A stretch of DNA of 38,188 bases, taken from a virus. Its lineage: Duplodnaviria > Caudoviricetes. The translations under genes and the position numbers were made by a program. Under the pieces are notes generated by a model. That model worked only from the letters and a program-made list of their open reading frames with translations, was not told where the DNA came from and did not search any database. Shown here piece by piece: positions 28,259 to 35,048 of the stretch. The number at the start of each line of letters is the position of its first letter. Positions within the stretch are counted from its first letter, which is position 1. The DNA lies in the IMG/VR virus record IMGVR_UViG_3300043414_000985, positions 1 to 38,188 of that record; one strand, 5' to 3'.

Positions 28259-28322
28259 AATTAACCCTCTTTTATATCTATATAGTGCAAAGCCGGCGAT
28301 TCATCCAGTTAATGCGCTCTAT

Positions 28323-28370
28323 ACACTATATATAGTATAAGTTGATTGGCTTATACACTACATATAGATT
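28323..28370. promoter_or_regulatory. tandem NrdR-box-like operators
   Basis: ACACTATATATAGTAT (28323-28338) and ACACTACATATAGATT (28355-28370), 32 bp apart; NrdR consensus acaCwAtATaTwGtg. Confidence 0.7.
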
Positions 28371-28383
28371 TTAAAGGTGTCGA
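28355..28383 (-). promoter_or_regulatory. candidate leftward (late) sigma70 promoter
   Basis: TCGACA-17 nt-TAGTGT on the minus strand; -10 lies inside the second box. Confidence 0.4.
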
Positions 28384-28416
28384 ATTCGCTACATTTATAA
28401 ATAGATACAACAAATG

Positions 28417-28445
28417 TTGACATAAAATATTACATGTGAGATACT
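28417..28445 (+). promoter_or_regulatory. strong rightward sigma70 promoter
   Basis: TTGACA-17 nt-GATACT with AT-rich upstream sequence. Confidence 0.8.
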
Positions 28446-28447
28446 GC

Positions 28448-28709
28448 TTGCAGATGAGAGAGATTGTTAAACAAAAACGGAGAGCAAAATGTACGAAGTT
28501 ATTGACAGGAAAACAAAACAGGTGGTAGGTGTTTACTGTTCTCTGCGCAGAGCTAGTAACAAAGCTAATAAGCTAGATTTAGAATACGGCGCTCACAGAT
28601 ATTATTGGAGGAGCATTTAATGCGTAAAGTATTGATGACATGGAATTTAAATTGAGATACGCATCTTTTTGCAGATGAGAGATTAACAACAAAAACGGAG
28701 AGCAAAATG
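28448..28709 (+). repeat. duplicated leader/RBS
   Basis: ttgcagatgagaga at 28448 and 28669; aacaaaaacggagagcaaaatg at 28470-28491 and 28688-28709. Confidence 0.9.
28489..28620 (+). CDS. small early phage protein (43 aa)
   Basis: MYEVIDRKTKQVVGVYCSLRRASNKANKLDLEYGAHRYYWRSI; GGAG RBS after promoter; not in ORF track. Confidence 0.7.
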   Translation: MYEVIDRKTKQVVGVYCSLRRASNKANKLDLEYGAHRYYWRSI

Positions 28710-28922
28710 AAAGACTTTAGAGCAAACACACTACTAGAAGACACAATTTGGGGGCTTAACAACTTCCAAAAAGAATTAAACTTAAATAACTACGGTAATT
28801 TAAGAAAAGAGCAATTAATAGAATTAATTAATAATGTACACAACAAAGTAGAGACTCTTAAAAAGTCTTTAATGAAAGAAGTGGGCTTCGAGTTTCCAGA
28901 CGCTTTTCTGGGCGGAGAGTAA
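28707..28922 (+). CDS. hypothetical protein
   Basis: Same leader/RBS as the 28489 gene. Confidence 0.75.
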   Translation: MKDFRANTLLEDTIWGLNNFQKELNLNNYGNLRKEQLIELINNVHNKVETLKKSLMKEVGFEFPDAFLGGE

Positions 28923-28923
28923 A

Positions 28924-29091
28924 ATGACATACTACATAAACAAATATACCGGAAACATCTATACTGCACACTACATTTTAAGTAGATGCATGGGAAGTTA
29001 CGACGACTTTGGCGTAACTTACTTGGAGCTTGGGACAGAACAAGCAAATAAGCTGTTAGAGAAAATGTACGCGACAGTTATTAAATTTTAA
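28924..29091 (+). CDS. hypothetical protein (55 aa)
   Basis: MTYYINKYTGNIY...; GGAG RBS, 1 nt after the previous stop. Confidence 0.6.
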   Translation: MTYYINKYTGNIYTAHYILSRCMGSYDDFGVTYLELGTEQANKLLEKMYATVIKF

Positions 29092-29149
29092 ATAAATTAA
29101 ATAGAACTATAAAGAAGCTGGTTTTTAAACTTAAAAAAGGTAATTAAAA

Positions 29150-29317
29150 ATGTCTTACATAAAAGAGTATCTAAATGAACTACAGCAAGTAAAAATATTA
29201 GTCGACTACGTAACAGCAGAAGATCGACTGCTCTTTCAAGAAAAAGGGGAAGATAATCTAATCGGCTTAGAGGCGGAGGAAGAAAAAGAAGAGCTTTATT
29301 GCTATACAGAGTTGTAA
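29150..29317 (+). CDS. acidic hypothetical protein (55 aa)
   Basis: MSYIKEYLNELQQ...EAEEEKEELYCYTEL; AAGGT RBS. Confidence 0.6.
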   Translation: MSYIKEYLNELQQVKILVDYVTAEDRLLFQEKGEDNLIGLEAEEEKEELYCYTEL

Positions 29318-29389
29318 CACAAACATCTTAGTGATAACATTTGTTTACGTTGCGATACTTGCTTTGAGTTTGGCTTGTAATGCAACGCC

Positions 29390-29415
29390 GGGGGCTTGAG
29401 CGCCCCCATTTTATT
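29390..29415 (+). terminator. intrinsic terminator-like hairpin
   Basis: gggggc ttgagc gccccc attttatt. Confidence 0.6.
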
Positions 29416-29428
29416 GTGGAGAATTTAA

Positions 29429-29629
29429 GTGGCAACAAAAAAGAGCAAAAGAGGGATGCATATCGGCGTGCGCGTGCGAGATGACACGTGGGAAGCGCTT
29501 AAAAAATATACCGAATGCTATGGAAAAACAACCAGCGGTTTAGTAAACGAGCTTATAATTAACTTCTTAAGAAACAGTGACTTACTACTTGGACCACTCA
29601 ATAAATTTAACAAGGATTGGGAAGAATGA
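29429..29629 (+). CDS. ribbon-helix-helix (Arc/CopG-like) regulator
   Basis: HIGVRVRDDTWEALKKY...TTSGLVNELI strand-helix-helix pattern. Confidence 0.7.
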   Translation: MATKKSKRGMHIGVRVRDDTWEALKKYTECYGKTTSGLVNELIINFLRNSDLLLGPLNKFNKDWEE

Positions 29630-30018
29630 GCGACGATGGACGGTCTCTTTATACAGCAAAAGAAAGAATAGAATTTGGTTCAAAGGTACAGTCACGCTGT
29701 ATTTTGAGGAATGGTAAAGTAGATTGGAGTGCTTTAGCGACTTTTGCAACAGAAATAAATGTAAACAAAACAACGCTTTACGGGTGGTATAATAGATATA
29801 AAGAAAACAACAATACAGAAGTAAAGACAAAAGAAGAATCTAATAGCGCACACTTACATATCGCAGCAGCACAAACTCAACGCACTATAAAAGAAATAGA
29901 TAAGCTGAAAATAGAAATTGACACTCTAAAGTCAGCTATTAAAGCTTTGACTAAAGAAAAAGAAATGTTAGAAAATCTAGTAGAATACTATTATCAAAAA
30001 AATAGAAGCAACAAATAA
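29626..30018 (+). CDS. HTH DNA-binding protein with C-terminal coiled coil
   Basis: ATFATEINVNKTTLYGWYNRY HTH; heptads at the C-terminus; ATGA coupling. Confidence 0.7.
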   Translation: MSDDGRSLYTAKERIEFGSKVQSRCILRNGKVDWSALATFATEINVNKTTLYGWYNRYKENNNTEVKTKEESNSAHLHIAAAQTQRTIKEIDKLKIEIDTLKSAIKALTKEKEMLENLVEYYYQKNRSNK

Positions 30019-30056
30019 TGTTTGATATAGAAAATAACAAGGATTGGGAAGAATGA
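30018..30056 (+). CDS. 12-codon coupling minigene MFDIENNKDWEE
   Basis: Starts in TAATG, ends in ATGA; contains a 23-bp copy of the RHH gene 3' end. Confidence 0.45.
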   Translation: MFDIENNKDWEE

Positions 30057-30385
30057 GAAAAAAAACAGGACAATTGCAGCCAATCTATAGCGCAATCGAC
30101 GTAAAAGAACTACTAGAGCAATATAAGTACGCTGTTACAGAAAGAGAAGCTTTTATATTAGAAAAACGATTAGAACTATACACTCTTGAAGAAATCGCTG
30201 TTTTAATAGAGCGCACTAGAGACAGAGTTAGACAATTAGAGAGACAAGCGCAGACTAAACTTTTATCAGCATGCGCTGGCGTACCCATGTTTTCTCGACA
30301 AATAAATGAAGGACCGGAAAAAGAAATTACTGTATCCGCACGCATGATAAGAGAAAGTCTTAATAATAAGTATCGCTTATCTTAA
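30053..30385 (+). CDS. sigma-70 region 4 domain protein
   Basis: TEREAFILEKR...TLEEIAVLIERTRDRVRQLERQAQTKL. Confidence 0.85.
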   Translation: MRKKTGQLQPIYSAIDVKELLEQYKYAVTEREAFILEKRLELYTLEEIAVLIERTRDRVRQLERQAQTKLLSACAGVPMFSRQINEGPEKEITVSARMIRESLNNKYRLS

Positions 30386-30454
30386 TCTTGCATCACTTAT
30401 TTTTTATATTCTCTGTTTTCCCGGGAAGACATTTTGATAATGGTATATAACTAG

Positions 30455-30601
30455 CTACCTTTTATAACCTTTTACACAATAAATAAATCCAAAAACCGGT
30501 TCCCTAAAACAAGCGCCGTACTCATCATTGCACGACCTTTCTTTCATCCTTATCTTTCTGTCCACCCATTCCTCTAGCTTTATCTTCCATTTTGCTAGCA
30601 T
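30455..30601 (-). CDS. hypothetical protein (48 aa)
   Basis: MLAKWKIKLEEWVDRK...; AAGGA RBS. Confidence 0.45.
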   Translation of the reverse strand: MLAKWKIKLEEWVDRKIRMKERSCNDEYGACFREPVFGFIYCVKGYKR

Positions 30602-30634
30602 TTTTTTTAAATCCTTTGTATGTGTAACAAGGCA

Positions 30635-30802
30635 TTAATTATTAAGTTCCACAATAAAGTCTAACTCGTCCCAAAAAAATTTCACTCTATCATTTATAAT
30701 ATCTTCGCTGCATTCTGGGTAAATGCTTCTAAGCACGTGTTTTATTTCGTCTAGTGCAGCATCTTTTCTTGCTAGTAATATTTTCTTTTCTTCTGCATCC
30801 AT
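30635..30802 (-). CDS. hypothetical protein (55 aa)
   Basis: MDAEEKKILLARKDAALDEIKH...; AAGGA RBS, 3 nt after the previous stop. Confidence 0.6.
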   Translation of the reverse strand: MDAEEKKILLARKDAALDEIKHVLRSIYPECSEDIINDRVKFFWDELDFIVELNN

Positions 30803-30805
30803 GCT

Positions 30806-31312
30806 TTATCCTTTTACAAGCTTATTTTCTTTTAAGCGCATCTTAAATAACTGTGTAGCAAGACTTTCTACTTCTTTAATAATAAAATCTTTGTTGCGGT
30901 AAACCATTCCAGCTCGATTAGCTATTTCTGTTGCAAGCAATGCTGGTGCATGGTCATCCGCATGGTGACAGTCAAAGCCTAACCACCATCCCTTTAGCTC
31001 TTCGCCATGTGGGCTAGCGTCAACCTCATCGTACGTAATGCCGCCATACACTTCCAAATCGCTTATATCGCGCGCAAAAGCATACCCGGATGGTAAACCT
31101 ACATAGCCACACCAATTTCCCGTAATCTTGTTTCTAATAGCTCTGCAGCGATAAAGGCCCGGGGCGTACCACGCAATATAATCTGGCTCATCGGTCCACT
31201 CACCTTCTTGCCAATCACTTTTATCTATTTTTTTTAACTCTCGTTTATTACTAGGTAAATGCATCTTTCCTCTCGCACTAGTATCTAACCATATTGACCT
31301 ACTACCATACAT
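30806..31312 (-). CDS. conserved phage protein of unknown function (CGYV/GGITY/GFDCxH family)
   Basis: GNWCGYVGLP...VYGGITY...WWLGFDCHHADD; start could be the ATG at 31264. Confidence 0.8.
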   Translation of the reverse strand: MYGSRSIWLDTSARGKMHLPSNKRELKKIDKSDWQEGEWTDEPDYIAWYAPGLYRCRAIRNKITGNWCGYVGLPSGYAFARDISDLEVYGGITYDEVDASPHGEELKGWWLGFDCHHADDHAPALLATEIANRAGMVYRNKDFIIKEVESLATQLFKMRLKENKLVKG

Positions 31313-31330
31313 ATACCATTATCTGGCGCC

Positions 31331-31564
31331 TCACCAAAAAACATTATGTCGTTTCTTTTCCTCCGCAAGAGGATCTTCATAAGCCAAATTACCCGAAAGC
31401 GCGTCACGATAAAAGTCTCGCTTCTCTCGCCAGTACTCTCGCTTAACAGTGCTCGTCATATATCTGTGCTGACACTCGTGGTACTTAGCTGTGTCGCTAA
31501 ACTGTCTTTCAGCGATAATACTTTCCGAGACTGCTTCTAAGTCGTCATTAATTCCATTCCGCAT
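31331..31564 (-). CDS. hypothetical protein
   Basis: 77-aa ORF overlapping the end of the initiator gene. Confidence 0.6.
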   Translation of the reverse strand: MRNGINDDLEAVSESIIAERQFSDTAKYHECQHRYMTSTVKREYWREKRDFYRDALSGNLAYEDPLAEEKKRHNVFW

Positions 31565-32577
31565 TGTTGGACACTCACTCTAGCCTCTAGCTCCCTGGCT
31601 GCCATAGCCATCTCTTCTTTGCTAACACGCGCTACACGTCGAGACGGAGGTACTGCTCTAATCGCAACAGACTGTATAGCCGACTGTAGTAATGCTTTCT
31701 GTTCTGCAGACGGCGCAACTGCTGGCTTGCTCTCAGAGGGCTTAGTAGTGGGGATGGGGGTTGGAACATGTTTTGGCCCAAAACTTTTTGGCTGCTGCGC
31801 TTGTGTCTTAGTTCTTTGTTGTGCTTGTAATATTTCCTGCTCACTTTCAACAATGTCGTTATAACGCTCTCCATTGAGCCAGGAAGATAGATGTGGAACA
31901 TCCGCTACCCAAGCATTAGCTCTAACCTTAAAATCGCGCTCATCGAATTGCAAGCGTAATTTGAGGCATAAATCCGAGACGGTTAAGTTCTTATATTTTT
32001 TAAGCTGTGCTTTTAGGGCGGAGAGGGCTTTTGGTTTGCTACCTTTCTTGCATTTAGAACGATGCAGGGTCCAAAGCTCTTCAAACTCTGCGTCATGGTT
32101 CTTTTTATTTTGAAGAGAAGCACGAGGATCGCACTCGGTGCGATCAATATTCTTATCTTTCTTAATCTTAGATCTAGATCTTAGATCTTCTATAGTAGTT
32201 ATGCCGTTTCGGCGTGTACAGTTCTGCCCTTTCGGCGGGTCTAGTTCTGCCGTTTCGGCATAACTGGAAAGAGCATTAACAATTGCTTTAAAATCAACAA
32301 GATAGTAAGATTTTGCAGGCACGCCTCGACGAGTGATGCGCACAAACCTAGAGCATGCCTTTTTGGCGTTTAAGAGTTCTTTAGTACCCAGATGTGTCTC
32401 TTCGATTAGCTGCGCATCGGTTGCACAAAATTCTTCTTCTGTGCTTACTTGTGCACGCCAACATAGCTGCGAAAGCAAAATAGCCCCAACAGTAGATTTG
32501 GTAATATTTTTAAAGGCAGGTTGGTAACTTATAACGCGACGAGAAAGCTGTTTTAGAATGCTTACGGCAGTATCCAT
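31537..32577 (-). CDS. phage replication initiator (lambda O-like architecture)
   Basis: N-terminal winged-HTH-like region (GAILLSQL), iteron-encoding linker, C-terminal FEELW..KKGSKPKA..HLSSWLNGERY; GAGGA RBS before ATG 32577. Confidence 0.85.
   Translation of the reverse strand: MDTAVSILKQLSRRVISYQPAFKNITKSTVGAILLSQLCWRAQVSTEEEFCATDAQLIEETHLGTKELLNAKKACSRFVRITRRGVPAKSYYLVDFKAIVNALSSYAETAELDPPKGQNCTRRNGITTIEDLRSRSKIKKDKNIDRTECDPRASLQNKKNHDAEFEELWTLHRSKCKKGSKPKALSALKAQLKKYKNLTVSDLCLKLRLQFDERDFKVRANAWVADVPHLSSWLNGERYNDIVESEQEILQAQQRTKTQAQQPKSFGPKHVPTPIPTTKPSESKPAVAPSAEQKALLQSAIQSVAIRAVPPSRRVARVSKEEMAMAARELEARVSVQQCGMELMTT
32151..32259. other. replication origin candidate: three 17-bp iterons plus AT-rich repeats
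   Basis: AGTT(A/C)TGCC(G/C)TTTCGGC at 32197, 32220, 32243 (23-bp period) next to tcttaatcttagatctagatcttagatctt. Confidence 0.75.
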
Positions 32578-32606
32578 ATCTCTAATCCTCAAAATTAAAA
32601 TTCTAG

Positions 32607-32635
32607 TTGACTTGAGGGCTTAGTGACTTTATACT
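32607..32635 (+). promoter_or_regulatory. antisense sigma70 promoter 1
   Basis: TTGACT-17 nt-TATACT. Confidence 0.75.
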
Positions 32636-32812
32636 GGCTTTGTTACGTCAGCAGTGACGTAACTAGTTAAGAGCCAATATAAGTGACGACGAAATGCTTG
32701 GCAGCTCGGCGTCGTCACTAGACCTTTCAAATTCCAACATCCTATGTTTACCTTTTGCTAAAATCCTTTCAGCAGGTCTATTAAGTATGCCACGCGGATG
32801 TTTGGCGATCAA

Positions 32813-32842
32813 CTAATTTAGAATGCTTACGGCAGTATCCAT
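32813..32842 (-). CDS. minigene MDTAVSILN (copy of the initiator N-terminus)
   Basis: AGGGGGA RBS; first 8 codons identical to the initiator, then AAT TAG. Confidence 0.5.
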   Translation of the reverse strand: MDTAVSILN

Positions 32843-32872
32843 ACAATAAATCCCCCTTTTTTTAAAAAAATG

Positions 32873-32901
32873 TTGACTGGAGGATTTAGTGACGCTATAG
32901 T
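32873..32901 (+). promoter_or_regulatory. antisense sigma70 promoter 2
   Basis: TTGACT-17 nt-TATAGT, homologous spacer. Confidence 0.7.
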
Positions 32902-33045
32902 GACGAGGCTAACTGTTCTCGTATGTGACGCCGTTTTCCGGCAAGAAAAGCACGGCGTCACTAAATCTAATCCCACTCTAACTTAAAGTTAATTCCCTTA
33001 CAAGAAAAAACTATTCACTAAATCCCTAGTGTTTTAAAATAATAG

Positions 33046-33075
33046 TTGACTTTAGGGCTTAGTGACTTTTATGGT
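33046..33075 (+). promoter_or_regulatory. antisense sigma70 promoter 3 (degenerate)
   Basis: TTGACT-18 nt-TATGGT; spacer nearly identical to promoter 1. Confidence 0.5.
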
Positions 33076-33080
33076 CCGTG

Positions 33081-33260
33081 TCATATATTTTTTTTCTCTT
33101 CCTTCACAAGCTGCCTGTCAATTAATTTATCTAAATCGACAGTTAGAGCGTTTATAACACTCATACCCATTGTGTACTCTTGTTGTAGTCTATAAATAGC
33201 AGCATCTAATGCGCCCATAGCAACTCGTATTTCTAAAAAATCTTCTTTATCAATTTCCAC
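33081..33260 (-). CDS. hypothetical protein (59 aa)
   Basis: GTG start, MEIDKEDFLEIRVAMGALDAAIYRLQQ...; overlaps the upstream stop; not in ORF track. Confidence 0.6.
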   Translation of the reverse strand: MEIDKEDFLEIRVAMGALDAAIYRLQQEYTMGMSVINALTVDLDKLIDRQLVKEEKKNI

Positions 33261-33594
33261 CCTTCAACCCCTCCACTTTGTTTTTAATGTTTTCTAAATG
33301 CGTCTCAATAAACTTAATATTCCTGTCACAAAAATCTACAGCATTTGAAGACATATCTCTGTCTATTTTGTTTTTAATCTGTCTAACACTTATCTCTATT
33401 GCGCTTAGCTCGTGCAAAATATCTTGTAGTAATTCCATTCTATTCCTCCTCCTATTAATCCAGTGTAAAACCCGCTCACAATGTTCTTTTTCCAGGCTAT
33501 AATCTTCTTTATCTTTAAGCTTTGCTATTCTTTCCTCAAGATACCAAGTTGCACACCTATATGCATCTATACTCATTCGAATATCTCTTGTCAT
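33250..33594 (-). CDS. hypothetical coiled-coil protein
   Basis: 114-aa ORF, ATGA coupling. Confidence 0.7.
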   Translation of the reverse strand: MTRDIRMSIDAYRCATWYLEERIAKLKDKEDYSLEKEHCERVLHWINRRRNRMELLQDILHELSAIEISVRQIKNKIDRDMSSNAVDFCDRNIKFIETHLENIKNKVEGLKGGN

Positions 33595-33695
33595 TTCTGC
33601 GCCCTTTTTTCTTTAGGGGAAACATCTTCAAATACAAAAGAAGCGCAACAAGACACACATACTATAAATAAAACCCCAAAAACAATATTAAGCAT
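33591..33695 (-). CDS. small membrane protein (34 aa)
   Basis: MLNIVFGVLFIVCVSCCASFVFEDVSPKEKRAQK; fills the gap after rtcB. Confidence 0.55.
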   Translation of the reverse strand: MLNIVFGVLFIVCVSCCASFVFEDVSPKEKRAQK

Positions 33696-33698
33696 TTC

Positions 33699-34904
33699 TT
33701 ACCCCTTCACACAAACAACTTGTTTAAGTGTGTGTACAATATCCACCAAATCTAATTGTGCCGCCATAACTTTAGCTATGTCTTTATAGGCTCCAGGAGT
33801 TTCGTCAATAACATTTATATCTTTTCGACACTCTACACCTTCGGTGGCAAGCGCATGGTCTTCAAGAGAAAATAATTGCTTAGCCTTGTTCCTAGATAAA
33901 CTCCGACCAGCGCCGTGAGAGCAGCTATTAAAAGACTCTGGATTCCCCTTTCCTCTAACAATAAAAGATTTAGCACCCATAGACCCAGGAATAATGCCCA
34001 ATTTATCTTTTTCTGCACAAACTGCCCCTTTTCTTGTCAACCAAACCTGTTTATCAAAATGCATTTCCTGTTGCACATAGTTATGGTGACAGTTAATGGC
34101 TTGCTCTAAAGTTTTGAATGGCTTAGTAACAGATCGTAATGCTTCTAGCGTTGCACCCATCATTAGCTCTCTGTTTAGCAGCGCGAATTGTTGTGCAAAA
34201 TCTACAGCCATTACATAATCGGAAAAACTGTTTGTTCCTTCGTCTAAATAGCATAGGTCTTGATCTGCTATTTCTAAGCCAGGATGGTTGATGGCCATTT
34301 CTTTTTTTGCCAACTCTATAAAATAAGTTCCAATTCTATTTCCAATGCCACGAGAGCCAGAATGCAGCATTACCCATACATATTGCTCTTCATCTAAGCA
34401 AACCTCTATAAAATGGTTACCAGTTCCAAGCGTTCCAAGATGTGATGGTGCTCTCATGGCAGCTCTCTCAAAGTCGTTGTATGCCAAAGTCATGTAATAT
34501 AGAGCGCCATATAGTCTAGATTTAAAAAATCTTTGCAAATAATCCATAGGAACATTAGCCCAGGCCCCCCTATCTCGAGAGCCTCCATTGTCTGTTCTTC
34601 CATGCGGAACAGCAGCCTCTATCTTGCTGCGAAGCTCAAAAAGATTGTCTGGCAAATCCTTAGATTTTAGGGTAGTGCGTATAGCCATCATTCCACAGCC
34701 AATATCCACACCAACCGCAGCTGGAATAATAGCTTTTAACGTTGGAATTACAGAGCCTACAGTAGCGCCGCAACCCCAATGCACATCAGGCATAATAGCT
34801 ATATGCGGCCAAATAATATCCAAAGAAGCCATATTGGTTAATTGTTTTTGCGCCGTTTCTTCTATCTCTAAACTTCCGGTCCATTGCTTAATTGGTACAG
34901 GCAT
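33699..34904 (-). CDS. rtcB: RtcB-family RNA ligase
   Basis: MPDVH.G.GATVG, VGVDIGCG, LGTLGTGNHFIE, HSGSRG, CHHNY, RKGA, IPGSMG, SCSHGAGR, DETPGAYK all present. Confidence 0.97.
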   Translation of the reverse strand: MPVPIKQWTGSLEIEETAQKQLTNMASLDIIWPHIAIMPDVHWGCGATVGSVIPTLKAIIPAAVGVDIGCGMMAIRTTLKSKDLPDNLFELRSKIEAAVPHGRTDNGGSRDRGAWANVPMDYLQRFFKSRLYGALYYMTLAYNDFERAAMRAPSHLGTLGTGNHFIEVCLDEEQYVWVMLHSGSRGIGNRIGTYFIELAKKEMAINHPGLEIADQDLCYLDEGTNSFSDYVMAVDFAQQFALLNRELMMGATLEALRSVTKPFKTLEQAINCHHNYVQQEMHFDKQVWLTRKGAVCAEKDKLGIIPGSMGAKSFIVRGKGNPESFNSCSHGAGRSLSRNKAKQLFSLEDHALATEGVECRKDINVIDETPGAYKDIAKVMAAQLDLVDIVHTLKQVVCVKG

Positions 34905-35047
34905 TATTTAATTTCCTTGCATACACCATATATACACTCGTAACTTTTAATGTTTGCTGGTTTTGTTATGTATTCTTGCGCGGCAGCAATCTCTAAACCG
35001 CTTATAAGCAGACCTACAAAAAGTGCACAACTTAATATTTTAACCAC
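34904..35047 (-). CDS. small exported or membrane protein (47 aa)
   Basis: GGAGG then GTG at 35047; MVKILSCALFVGLLISGLEIAAAQ signal-peptide-like; TAATG coupled to rtcB. Confidence 0.6.
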   Translation of the reverse strand: MVKILSCALFVGLLISGLEIAAAQEYITKPANIKSYECIYGVCKEIK

Positions 35048-35048
35048 G

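Larger units (their letters stand above)
32552..32843. repeat. 27-bp perfect direct repeat of the initiator start
   Basis: tttagaatgcttacggcagtatccata at 32552-32578 and 32817-32843. Confidence 0.92.

Noticed and set aside
28271-28290. A fourth NrdR-like box
   Set aside because: Only one half matches and it is out of phase with the 31-32-bp spacing.
29626-30018. IS3-family transposase OrfA
   Set aside because: The HTH resembles it, but there is no DDE OrfB and no terminal inverted repeats.
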